A stretch of DNA of 64,000 nucleotides from Phoronis australis. Taxonomy: Eukaryota; Animalia; Phoronida. Each line of letters opens with the position of its first letter. Positions within the stretch are counted from its first letter, which is position 1. Of this stretch, positions 12,201-24,345 are shown piece after piece. The translations under genes and the position numbers were made by a program. A model generated the notes under the pieces. It had not been told where the DNA came from. It searched no databases and worked only from the letters and a program-made list of their open reading frames with translations. Where the stretch lies: contig NMRA01000064.1 of NCBI GenBank assembly GCA_002633005.1, positions 876,360-940,359 of the forward strand. Direction: 5' to 3'.

Positions 12201-14826
12201 TTGAGCTACCTCAGGTAACCATGGATACATTTGGTGCACATTGCTTTAGGATGCATTGGTGATTACATTAACATAGATGTCGCGAGGGGATACTAGAAAC
12301 CTCCTTTGTTACTCCATTCCTTTCCAACCTGTACACAAAGTGTAAGTTTACCATCTCACCAAATGTACGACACATTATGACAGACAAGTAGGATTTTATT
12401 TGACTTTGAAAAATTGCCATGCACTAAATCAATGTTTTTCCACATTCAAGTTCTATACCACAGGTAACATCAGATAATGTTTTAAAAAAATGTGGTTCAA
12501 CATACAACAATGTTGGAAATACTTGAAAAATTATAAAAGATCAATATTGAAAATTTTATTTTAGTCAGAAATTAAGATCTTGCTCTATCCATATTAGCTT
12601 ACCAGCTGCACACATTCACAACCAGGCAAAACTGTAACAATCCACCATGGCCAACTTCACTACGTCAGACTAGCTCAGACAAAATTTAAACCAAAATATT
12701 GTTAGACGAAACTTGTAAAAAACAGTCATTACTGTTAACAGTCAGATCTCTTGAACCTGAGCCAAAATAGTAGGAGTAAGAAGAGATGCCCTATCCTATG
12801 GACTGTGGAGGCAAAATACTGATGGATATGGCCAACAGTGTGGAGGCAAAATACTGACGGATGTATACAGGAAGTATGGAGAGATGCCCAATAGTGTGGA
12901 GGCCGACTCATGGACATATACAGGAAGAAGGCTATTACTTTAGACAGGAGACACTTACAATGCCCCAAAATAAACTGATGGTGTACTGTTGAAAAAGTGT
13001 GAAGTGCTGGAACCAGCATGCGGATAGAATCTACGAACCTCCTGGTTTTGCACTGGAAAGGTCATCCATATGTTCAAACAGAAAACATAGAGGGCAATAC
13101 AAAAACTATAAAAGGAAGATTAACATAGAGACAATGAAAAGCTATTATAAAATGTGCCTCCCATCTTATTTACCATGATAACTTTGGATTTCAAAGACAA
13201 TTCTTAAGTAATGAAATTCAGATTAGAGATGCGATTTCTGGACTCCATTTGACCAACCCAAAGTCAACATGTTTTCACAGCAACACCACACCCAGACAAC
13301 AAAAGATTACTTAAACATGTTCTGAACCATAACTTTCCCTCTACAAAGTGGCAGCCAAGCAGAACCCCATAAAAATAATGTAAACAATGTCCTGGCAAGC
13401 AGGCTTTGAAACAGAGTACATGGACATCATCTACCACTGGCAAGCAATGTGAAATGGGTTGATACAAATCACCCATTTGTCACAAAAAGACATGAACACT
13501 ATGGTACACAGTCAGAACATGCATTCACTCAGATTGTTAGCCAGCCTGTCTGTCTGACAAATTTTCTTTTGCTCAAGAACAAGTTACACTGAAGATAAGA
13601 TTCTTGTAGACTAGTCATGATCAAATCTTCCCACTCGTGACATCAGAGACAACATGTTTGGATAGAACAATGGAGTTGATGCAGCACAAACACAGACCAA
13701 TTAAGCTATTTATTTTGGTAATATTTCTCTCTTCTAAGTTACTTGCGAATGCCTGAGACCTAGTACACAGTTGTGAATGTTGCATGCACGGTACTACAAC
13801 TTTCTTGTAGCTTAGAGTGAGCATCGTTTAACTCGAAATTCATGATGCACACGTTAAAAAAATATTATTGTAAACATACACACGCAGCTGAAAAATCGTG
13901 CCTCATGTTTGACTGTTCAAGCAACATCATGAGTCTGAAACTGAACTGCATCTTTAAGCCACAGTCAGTGCCACTTTTGAAGACTGTTGCTATCGTTCAT
14001 GTCTTGCAGTGCAACCCTTTAAACTGTCTTGTATTTTCACAAATACAGCCATTTGGCATTCCTGACACAAGGGTAAAACAGTGGACCAAATGGGATCACT
14101 TCAACAGAAAAAAATCACCTATCCACTGCTAATTTCACTCATTCCAGTTTGAAATCTGCTATATGGGCTTGATTGCACTAGACTTTGACACTATGCATTA
14201 CATGCACGTGGTAAGGTGATAAGACACGTCTATGTCGTCACTCTGCCATACCTTGAAACTCCAAACATTTTAAAACACCTTGATTCCTAACATCACCAGT
14301 GAATTGAGACATCAAGTGCTAAATAGCCGCCACTCTTGTGAAAGGGTTGACACAGTAATATAGCTCACACCTGCCCACATACAATTCCTTTGGTGATCAC
14401 GAACAGTTGGAAAAAGTGAAAGGTCCAATTAAATGGACCTCGACCCACCCGCCGTTGTTAGCCCATTAAGATTAGCCCATGTCAACATGAACTAACCCGA
14501 CACAAAAATGTCTACGAAACCCACAATTCGGCAAGTCATCTGTAATACCGGGGTTTACAACTTGTGAATAGAAACTATTTATCAAACGGATAACTAAATT
14601 GCAAGCAATAGTTCTATACCTTATCCAAACGTCGTTGTTGGTTTTCCATCAGGGCTTCATTCCCATTTTTGTTCAGTTTGTGTTCCACCTTTCTGGTGCC
14701 CGGCGGTGCCATATTGAAAAGACTGATGGCCATGAACAGCTGGATGGCGATGAGCACGATGGCAACGAGAACAAACAAGCGCCACCTACGGCACCACACC
14801 TGTTTCCTCATACCTGACGACACCAT
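1..14826 (-). CDS. oxt: Protein O-xylosyltransferase (GT14/Branch family) with an N-terminal TM anchor and a WSC domain; multi-exon, 3' end beyond the window
   Basis: Exons 14620-14826, 10141-10456, 9396-9521, 7986-8153, 7167-7336, 6711-6913, 4680-4760, 3567-3783, 2922-3098, 918-1023 and <1-275 all have GT-AG boundaries and join in phase. Motifs: [108 protein letters not shown]. Confidence 0.95.
918..1023 (-). CDS. oxt: Xylosyltransferase exon 10
   Basis: [35 protein letters not shown]; phase 0 to 1. Confidence 0.9.
1872..2247. repeat. Minisatellite, 38-bp unit, about 10 copies (intronic)
   Basis: Unit gacatgcacccacccagtgcatcacaatgcaatgcatt starts at 1921, 1959, 1997 and onward. Confidence 0.95.
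2922..3098 (-). CDS. oxt: Xylosyltransferase exon 9
   Basis: [10 protein letters not shown]...[18 protein letters not shown]; cag acceptor, gtttgt donor. Confidence 0.93.
3567..3783 (-). CDS. oxt: Xylosyltransferase exon 8
   Basis: [20 protein letters not shown]...GGSDW...YTLLPAE; gtgagt donor. Confidence 0.93.
3831..4092. repeat. Minisatellite, 54-bp unit, about 5 copies
   Basis: gatacagtacaagccaaaag...attccctgtcat at 3831, 3885, 3939, 3993, 4047. Confidence 0.95.
4680..4760 (-). CDS. oxt: Xylosyltransferase exon 7
   Basis: 81 nt, phase 2 to 2, [26 protein letters not shown]; tctctttcag acceptor, gtatgc donor. Confidence 0.88.
6348..6693. repeat. Minisatellite, 52-bp unit, about 6.5 copies, containing exon-end sequence
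   Basis: gactatacaagcggagtgcattaatttgacggggaaatcagattcaaacttt repeated; abuts the exon 6 donor. Confidence 0.95.
6711..6913 (-). CDS. oxt: Xylosyltransferase exon 6
   Basis: RQEMLHREL...TIWGGASLL...[14 protein letters not shown]. Confidence 0.93.
7167..7336 (-). CDS. oxt: Xylosyltransferase exon 5
   Basis: [37 protein letters not shown]; gtaagt donor. Confidence 0.92.
7986..8153 (-). CDS. oxt: Xylosyltransferase exon 4 (WSC domain, C-terminal half)
   Basis: [13 protein letters not shown]...C..PCP.N....CGG matches the WSC consensus. Confidence 0.9.
9396..9521 (-). CDS. oxt: Xylosyltransferase exon 3 (WSC domain, N-terminal half)
   Basis: [16 protein letters not shown]...[13 protein letters not shown]; phase 1 to 1. 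Confidence 0.9.
10141..10456 (-). CDS. oxt: Xylosyltransferase exon 2 (stem region)
   Basis: [29 protein letters not shown]...LPRYCP resembles the XYLT stem motif. Confidence 0.88.
14620..14826 (-). CDS. oxt: Xylosyltransferase first coding exon (type II TM anchor)
   Basis: [37 protein letters not shown]. An acceptor at 14873 implies an upstream 5'UTR exon; a candidate donor gtaagt lies at 19219-19224. Confidence 0.8.
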
Positions 14827-17185
14827 AGTGGGGGAAGAGCCCTGATCATACAGGGCTCTTACCGACAATTACCTGTGGACAAAGCAGAAAACCTTTAATC
14901 TAACCATAATATGCGACACAGTATCAGAAAGTCTATTCTAATGACCACCTGACAGGCTAAGTATCAAGTGGTTAAAGAAGACGCGTTAAAGGACTTTTAT
15001 ATTAGACCTTAAATAGGACTTTATTGGCTTCGTTATTAAGTAATCATCATTTGCTGGTAGCTCATTAACAGAACCATCTCGCTCAAAAAATCTATGGTCA
15101 CCTGACTAACACACCAGCATTTTATCATGTCACATTTATCTACAAAGGGGTGCTTCTGTAGATTGCTGTCATTCTTTACAACCAGCTCTGATTCATCTTG
15201 TTAAGTTTGCCTAGCTCGAGTTGAGTTTGAAAACCTTTGTAATGAGTCTGAACTTTTGAGATATTATTAGCAGTTAATTCTTAAGCACATTAAGAGATTC
15301 TTGACTTTTGAAAGCATTGAACTTATTTATTCCAAGACTTTAGATACAAACTTCCCATAATATGTATATGAAATCATGACTTTCAAGCAAATAAACACAT
15401 TTTACAATATTGAGTTATTCCCCGTTATGCAAAATACTAGTCAGGAGTAGAGGATGAAATGTTTATTAACGACTGGCAATTTTCTTGACACTTATTTTAA
15501 GATTGGTAACACTTAAGTAGTGTGATGGTAAACTAAAGCAAAAGAATCAAGTGATCGCTGAGTGTTCCACTGGATACTTACATATTATGAGTGGTGTAAT
15601 TTGTTGGAGCATACCACCCAAGAGGATGGTGTAAAATGGTTCCATTTGAAAGAACTACAATTCCAATGAAAGTACAATAAGCAAGGGTACACTTCGTCGG
15701 TTAGGAATTCTACAAACTTCATTGCGCAACTAAACTCTACAGTTTTGATATTCAAGCCTTAACTAGGATTGCTGAATGTTAAGTAACAGTTCAGAGGCTT
15801 GTTTAACTTCAGTTTTATTTTTAAGTTCACTGTGACTTAGTATTACAAGTACTATTCTTAACAGGGCAGTAGTGGTACTTTGTCGGTTCTCTACGGGTAG
15901 AATAGAAGTGGGGATGTAACTTACGTTCTGGTTAACACAATCTTTCAAAAATATAGAGTCAATTCAAGAAGGGTTCCACACAACAACAAACTAATGACCC
16001 TGCTTCTCATGCAGTAGTGGTTCTGAAAAATTGTTCTACCCTAAATCAGAAAGACTGTGTTTCATTATCAGGATCACTAACCTCACATTAAGGTTAATTA
16101 CAATTTAAGTGTTCATCTATGCTGGCAATACTGGTCACTGACATCCCTTTAATTGATTTTAGATATTTATCAACAGCTGAAAGATTGCAGTTGTATAACT
16201 ACACAGCTTTCAATCACTCTAGATGTAAATAGAGAGCAAAACAAAATACAAGTAATCCAAGTAGTTTCAGAGTTCTAGTGATAAAGCTTTGTTGTTATTC
16301 AGAAAAAAATGATGAACAGTCACAAGCATTAAGATAAAAGGACAACTCTCCAATAAAATGTACTGTTTTTACAAGGTTGCAAAGAAATCATGACAAATTA
16401 CCACGATTGGTTTCACTCCGCTTTAACATTTTCAGTACTGGGTAATGTGTTACCAGCTAAACAAATTTCTCTAGCAACATTTCCTTGTGGGAAGCTGGTG
16501 TTTACCACCTAACATGACCCAAGACTCTGGGTTAGACAGATGGTGCTTACCACCTGTACAAGACCCGGAGACTCTGGGTTAGACAGATGGTGGCAATCAC
16601 ATGTTCTTATTTGCATGGAGTTCACTTCATACATCAACAAAAATGCTGATGTTGTCATTTCGCAGCCAAGTGATATTGGCGGCCAAGAGCTGAGCACTAA
16701 CTATCCTGCCTGTTTGTCAATTATTTTTCTTTGAAACAGGTGAGAAATTACCATGAGCAACTAAAATATGAAAATTCTGTTTGAAATTCCATTAAATAAC
16801 CCATATTCTGTGAATTCATAATCACCGAAAACTAAGGTCTATACAATAACTATTTGGTAGGCAAGTTACTCAGGGGGACCACTAACCTTGCCCAAGAGGA
16901 CAGAGTGAGGATTGTCCCTCTTGCCCAAGTACTAAGCAGTGCTCACCTGCTCACCTACTTATGTGACCAAGTTAAACCATGAAGTTTAAGAAAAAAAAAT
17001 TCTCAACAAAAACAAAAATATTACGTGGTAAATTGGGTAGCGATTGAGCACTTTGCACACGCTTTTTATCTATAAAACAGTTAAAGAAGCAACACGAAAA
17101 GTTTTTATGTAAATTTAAACCATGTTTACCAGCTGGGGTGGTAATAAGAGATGACACTGACTAATAAGCCACAAGGCAAACACAA

Positions 17186-17385
17186 TATATTAATGTCTAC
17201 AGTGCAACTAATTTCATGTAATACAACTTAGAACCTATATTAATGTCTATAGTGCAACTAATTTCATGTAATACAACTTAGAACCTATATTAATGTCTAT
17301 AGTGCAACTAATTTCATGTAATACAACTTAGAACCTATATTAATGTCTATAGTGCAACTAATTTCATGTAATACAACTTAGAACC
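17186..17385. repeat. Minisatellite, 50-bp unit, 4 copies
   Basis: tatattaatgtctatagtgcaactaatttcatgtaatacaacttagaacc. Confidence 0.95.
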
Positions 17386-17944
17386 CATAACAAATTTGAT
17401 ACAAGAGTAGAAGGAGTGCCCACTATTTTGTCATTTAGAAGTTTGTATGATTTCAGCTGTTCCGACGACTGTAAGTCCTCAATTACTTTGATGTCATGTT
17501 GGCGGTGTACAACATGTGAAATGCATCGGTATTTTCAATTCTCTGTTCTAATTGGTAGTTCATAATGTGCATGCATTTGATATGGCGTTTCCAGAGAGCA
17601 AGAAGTCCCGCTGTATTTTCACAGTTATTAGACATGTTTTATTTTACTCCTAATTTCATTTCTTGTTGGTCAAAGTCACAGAAATATGCATAACCACCAA
17701 GAGACACGACATTCATTGAAATTGCTCTTATTTGCTACAGTTACACTTTCATGCATTTTTAGGACTAATTCTCATTCAAGCAAAGTGACATGGACCAGTC
17801 TGACTTGTGCACCATGCCAAACTTGTCATTTCGCACTTGCCGTGCAATTTTAATTTTAAATGGTTGAATATTTTCGGGTTTGTACGTGGTGGCGAATTCT
17901 AAACACAATGCTGCAACTTACTGTTAACAACCGCTGTTTCCCAT

Positions 17945-18056
17945 ATAGTTGGATATATGGGTCCCTGATTTGAGAACCAGTTACTTCCACTGAATAGCGG
18001 GCGTTATTCCGTGGGAGTAACTGGTTCTCAAATCAGGGACCCATATATCCGACTAT
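17945..18056. mobile_element. Palindromic mini-MITE (ATAG...CTAT ends)
   Basis: atagttggatatatgggtccctgatttgagaaccagttac is followed by its near-perfect reverse complement gtaactggttctcaaatcagggacccatatatccgactat. Confidence 0.7.
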
Positions 18057-20072
18057 TACCAATCGTACCACCATAATTAATTAAATAACTCCCTGGAAAG
18101 AATAATTAGTTATGCGAACTTGGCTCATTGGCTGGAATTTGGGTCTTTACTAACTGAAATATTAGGTCATTAGGTCAAATATACAACGTTGTGCCGATAT
18201 GGGAAAAAACTGATCAAATAAAATCTGACACAAAATTAGAGTTATTAAAAACTACGCTTTTCCTCGAGTAAACTAAATTGTTTACTGGTGTTGCAAAAAA
18301 TTGGCTATCTACCATATTCTGTTGTTAAAGTGTGGAGCAATCTTTTGCGTCGACTTTCGGAGCCTTGAAATATTGCATCACCTATTGGCCAGTTTCTTTT
18401 TTCACCGATTCTTCAATCAATTGCTCTTCTTTCACGAAGTTGTGCGTACATGTCACAACAAATTATCAGAACTGGTTTCATTTACTTACAGGTTTTTTAT
18501 TTTAATACCAGCAAACTGAATTTTAGAACAAATTTTGCTGTGTGAAGCTGTCATAATCTCTCGAGAAATGTCGGAAAATTTTAGGAAATGGCACATGCGC
18601 GTCACGAGCGTACTGTTGTTAAAGCCATGATAGACTTTTTTGTTACAAAAGGTGGAGAATTATGCAATAAAATGACATTTATGAGATTTTTTTCACATAG
18701 ACGGCTGCAACGGGCAAGGTGTCGGTTGATTCCCAGATTTTACATATACCCTGCCAGTTTTTAGCTCTACATGGATTGTTCATATGAGTTTCATGGCTAA
18801 GTGACAAGCAGAACTACCTGGGCTGTGTGAAATTTCAGGGTCTAATGGAGCTCAACACAGAGTGATACGTAGTAGCTCTATTTTGACAAAAGTCTTCGTA
18901 ACTGCTGGCTATTTGCCACCATGCTGGGAATTTCTTCAGATTGATGTCCACTTTACAGAAACTGGGAAAAAAATTGATAGACCTTCAGAAGTTCCGCTCA
19001 GTTTGAGCTGATGCATTAGCATTATACCGGTGTATACTTCCAGTACAAGTACAGTAGTAGCCAACAGAACGACACAACACATTGTGATGATTGTCTGTCA
19101 TTGTCATAATTGACTCACTGACAACTAGTCATATAAGACTGGGTAGTTTGCAATTGCACAACCAAATGACAAACCTTAAAATAAGAATCTGCATAAGAGA
19201 AATTTTTCGTAAAAAGGAACTTACATTACACGTGACCGCAATTCGTACAGACACCTCAGGACCTTTTACACAACTCGGTCAGCAGCGCTGACTGCAGTCT
19301 GCACTCGCACATTCCTGTCTGGAAACCACACATTTCATTTTCTTTTCTAGAGAAGACAATATTGTTATAGCGACATCTATTGTATGCATGGGGAAGTTAT
19401 ACAAAGTGTCCCGGCTCTGTGAAGTACAGTTTTCGACCAACAACACATATTTGACAAACGTTTCGTTTGTATTAGCTAAAATATGTGCAAAAACTTTAAC
19501 TCATATATTTTCTGAATGTACGAATGTAGTAATTTTTGATTTTATGTCAATCTGTCATTAACAGCAGGTCACATCAGTGAAAAATAGTAGAACTTCGCCA
19601 AGTCAGGCAGTGGTAGTAGGCCTATAGCAATGGTATCAATGACGAGACCAAATTTCATTTGATATAAATGTTTAGGAAGGAATCTCAAAAACTTTGTTAT
19701 GTTTTTATAAATTGTCATTTCGTTTTTGTTCTGTGCACCTTTTGAAGATCGATAAGAGATAGCCGCTCAGGGCAAAAGCGGGTGCCGATTTTAAACACGT
19801 AGGCCTACTATGCAACATAGCTAACACTGCTGGGTGGCGGGGCGCATCACTAGGGCGGGCTGGGGCCGGGAGGGGCTATAGGCCCCCATTTTTTCAGTGA
19901 TGTGCCGCCTATGGTCAGGGGATGGTGCACCACAGGGGGGGCTGGAGAGCTTTATAGCCCCCATTTATTCCAGTGCTGGGGCGCCCCGGCATGTAACAGT
20001 GCATAAAGCACACAGTATGGCAACGTTTCACATCTTTCAAGTTGGACATTCAAGTTCTAGAATAGTCCATAA

Positions 20073-20222
20073 CCAGGGGCGTATCCAGGATTTTGAGTTG
20101 AAGGGGGGGGGGGGGNAGCCAACATCAAGTTTTGGCCGTCAGACATTCGCACCCCCGACCTGACAAATGTAATCTGGTGATATTGAGGGGGGGAGGCATG
20201 GCCACCTTCTAAATCCGCCACT
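20073..20222. mobile_element. Short non-autonomous DNA element (CAGGGGCGTATCCAG...AAATCCGCCACT ends, poly-G core)
   Basis: Imperfect terminal inverted repeats and an internal G-run. Confidence 0.45.
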
Positions 20223-22613
20223 AAAATAAAAGCTAGCAGACTAGGCTCGCATACAGTAGAACAATTAAGCAATTTACAGCATTCACAACAGAAGGTGGAC
20301 TTTCTAATAGTAAGTTAATAAATTAGCATGGATAGAAAAAAAAAAACGGAAAGACAACACTGGGGACTGGATGTGTTGTCAAACGTGATCATTTGCTCAT
20401 GAAACGCAATGGGCCGTTTTCATTTTTCTTCCTGGACAGGAGGGATTAATCATTTCAGAAAATAGGCTTGACAGTTTCAAACAAGGCGATGAACATTTTT
20501 AACACAAAAACTGGTTCGAAGTGACTAATTGAGAACTGAAAGTCTTACGTCGGCTGAAACCCAACAAGTCAGTCTCAGCCAACAAAAGTTGTTTTGCGAA
20601 AGTTCGACAAGAACTGCTGGTCTAACACCATACAGGAAATGAAAAATACCCGCTGAGCAAGTTGAATTCTGTTTCAGTGGCAGAAAACAAAAACACTTTC
20701 AATATTATAGTTTAGTCTATTTAGGCCTCTTTAATCAGAGCGCCGCTACAACCCTTTTGAAATGTCAGCACAAAAACGATTGAGAACAGACTGTAGGGAG
20801 CTAGTAAACTATAAAGTCACCTTTCCGTTGTTCCACTGAGTAATAATACTTTTTCCACTTTATTGACGGGGGCGTATACTTGAGGGCGGCGTGCCAGTCC
20901 AACATTACTCAATCAACGCAAACAGGATTTACACACAAGTGAACGAGAAAGCGGGCACCCAAGAGTATCCAGCCTCGGCACCAAAAGGTTGATGGCGTCG
21001 TTACAGATTTGAGTGAGCTAGTCGCTATTCATGGGTTTGACCGATCTGTACAATGAGATAATTGCGGTCGTAAACCAAACGCGCCTGTTTGGCATACTAG
21101 TTTAAAAGTCAAAAGAAACGAACAATAAGTAAGGCAAAAGACCAACATGACCGTTTTTTAAATTGAAAATCAAATATTAGCCCTTTTCGAATATTTTAAA
21201 TCGATGCATTATTGGAGAAATTAGCAAATAGGATTTCTTCAGCAGCGCGGCCAAGCAACGCACGTTAATTTGCGAGTCGATTAAAATGGGTTAGTCAGTC
21301 TGGCTTAGACTCGCTTATATTAGGCGTTGCGGTAACAAAACCCTAAATGTTAACGTAGAAGTTACGGTCTCATGAAGAGCCTTTCCATCAAATGAAAAAA
21401 AAATAGTTTTACCTGGCTTTACTCTTCTAGATGTTCAAGGTGTGACCTGAAATTTGACAAGCTATAATAGGTCTGAAGAAATTTTAAAACTATCAGGTCT
21501 TCCCGAGGCCATGGTGCACTACCACTTCTAAACCAAGTAAGGAACAGGGCAAGACCAATTTTATACAGGCATAAGTTTTCTAAATCAAAATTTTGTTTTT
21601 TTTTGACAGAAAGCCCCTTTAATTGATTTGAAATTCATAGGTTCACCCTTCACCATGGGTTACGCTTCCACTGAGTGCAAATAATAAAATCAACGCACAA
21701 ATGTAACAACTGAAATCCTGGACTTTATTTGTCCAAAACAAAATTCACTAGTCCAAATATCAACACAACTGGTTTGAATTGAAAAAGTCCATGGTAGAAA
21801 TATATAAAAAACGCGATCACATATTTAAGAGCACCATAGAAACAATTACATGTACAAATGAAAATGTTATTAAATGACATTTTGAAGACACACCACTCTC
21901 AGAAGGAATAAATTAACCACTTATGATTGGAAATCAGAGATTAAAGACCAGGGCATGTGTAGGATAAGCTCGGTACCCATGAGGGGTCAGAATTTCACGT
22001 ATTTCCACGAATTATTTTGATTCTAATTTTATCCTTTTCCACAAAAAATGCTTACACGCAGACGCTGGCCGCCAAGGTAGGATCGAGCGGGATTCGAAAT
22101 TTGAGCCTTTTCCACTCCACGAAATTCCTCGGCTCCCAGTTTTCGTGATCGTTTCTGGTTGAATCCTTGAAAAACAATTAGAATAGGATTTGGATCTCAA
22201 AACAACCCCTTTTCGCGAATTTTTGTTAGCAAATACGTAGCAGGGTACCCATAGGACATGCCCCAGGGCTTTAAAGAGTGTTAGGGTTTACCGAAGTGTA
22301 GTAAGAGCAACACAACCTACGAGAACATTGTTGCCCAAGTTAGACCACCACAAAGAAGTGGACACAGTTCTTACCACATGCGCACACCCTTACTACATGA
22401 CGTAAAAACTATTAGCACACTAACAAAAAATTATGAGGGAACCTGAACACCCAGGTACTCTACAATTTAGAGTGCAAGTGACCGAAATAACATCACATCA
22501 AAATTGGGTCGGGCACTTCATCCAAATGAAGGTGTTAAAGGGTGCATGAGTGTGTGGAGTTCAGGTTCTATAGTAAGGATGCTTTTGTGTGCAGCAGTAG
22601 TTTTTGCATTAAG

Positions 22614-22843
22614 CACGGCTTGGAATGACCAATGACAAAAAAGAGGAAAATTTTCCACAAATAGGTTTGAGTAATAGAAATATTTTTGTGTTGTAAAATG
22701 TAATTGAAATAAACGTTTTTGTATAAATAAAGTCAAAATAATGATAAAAAGAGACCAAAAAAGAGGTAAATGGAAATCAAATTAGAGAAAATCGAAAGGA
22801 AGAATGCGGAAATCCTCTTAAAAGAGGAAAATTCCAAGCCCTG
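22614..22843. mobile_element. MITE with 12-bp TIR and 6-bp flanking duplication
   Basis: CACGGCTTGGAA...TTCCAAGCCCTG with attaag on both sides (22608-22613 and 22844-22849). Confidence 0.6.
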
Positions 22844-23651
22844 ATTAAGGGTGCGAACGCCTGGGGTAAGAGTTCGTTTTCACGCCCTGATTTTGCACAA
22901 AAGCAAAACAGAAGTCCAACAACTATGAAATACAAAAAACGCTTTGCACAGAGATAGGTAACAGATACAATCATCAAAATCATTACAAATCTTTTGGTTT
23001 GAGAAGGGAATCAATGATTAATACGTTACTGTTGCAAAAACAAAACACTCCAGCATGAAATAAAAGTAAAGACTACCTAACCACAGATATTTCATTCATT
23101 TTTAATTTATTAATTTCACATGAAGAACACTTGACACTAAAAGTTGGTCACTATGCAGAGGTCCAACAAAGCACTGGTGGTGCTTTGAAAGATTGATTGA
23201 TATAAGTTATCAAACCACCTATGTTGATTTCCTAAAACAAAGGAAGATGCTTTTTATGTCAAATAATAAAAGCGATTTCAATGTGTCAAGGAAATTTTGT
23301 CATCCCAGGAATCACATAATGTTATTTCCTAAATCAAATAAAAAACACCACATGGGTAGGTACAAAGGTAGCGTGGAGAGGCAAAGAATGATCACTGCAA
23401 CCAAACTGCCTCCATAATGGTATGGGTGCTCCATCGGGTTGAGCGATTTGCATATTTTCCCTTAAACAGACAGAGGTGGTAGTGAAATACAAAGGAGACT
23501 AATAAAAAATCGAAGCAGTGCCAAGAATTAAAAAGGAGTCCTGGAAAGCTATACCAAATCTTGTAAACAGCACGCCAGCAAGATTCCCAACAGCGGAAAA
23601 GATATCAAATATTCATAACACATGCAAACCTAGCTTGATAAGGTGAACATC

Positions 23652-23760
23652 GTATGATTTAGAAACACCCTGTACAACGTGTGATTTAGAAACACCCTGT
23701 ACAATGTATGATTTAGAAAAACCCTGTACAATGTGTGAGTTAGAAACACCCTGCACAATG
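23652..23760. repeat. Minisatellite, 27-bp unit, 4 copies
   Basis: gatttagaaacaccctgtacaatgtgt at 23656, 23683, 23710, 23737. Confidence 0.9.
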
Positions 23761-24345
23761 CAAAAATTAAACAAAGTGAGCATTAATCAAGAGAACACAC
23801 TCTACTCATCAAACAAGATCTGGGAACATCCTCTAATCTTCATAGGTAGCACCAAAGCAAAGAGGAAATGCCAAAAATAATTTTGAGTTCATTTAGAGGT
23901 CAAAGATTAAACACAGGAACCTGAACTAGAAATCAAAACCTTGGCATTACTATGGTAAATAACTATTTGAAATTGATCTGCAATGCTATATTTGAATTTT
24001 CTCATTTTGATTTAAATAGTTTATACAGCCAGATCTACGAGAAAACTAAAGTTTGTAAGCAATATACAAATTTGTGTACTTATCAGGGGGTACATTACAT
24101 GAAGCTACTCCTCTGCTCTAGATAAAAATAATTTCACACCTACAAAGTTATGGTATTTTTCATAAACTAGTACAACTTTATAAAAATCTTGTTTCAGCAT
24201 TGACCACTTTGACACTAATAACTATACTTGGCACCAGAAAAGCCCACAGGCTCCAGAACAAAACTGCCGACTCCCCTGTTAATTCAAAATTACATCAATC
24301 ACAACCACAGTTTGGGCTTCATTTGGTAAAGCTATAAAATTTCCA

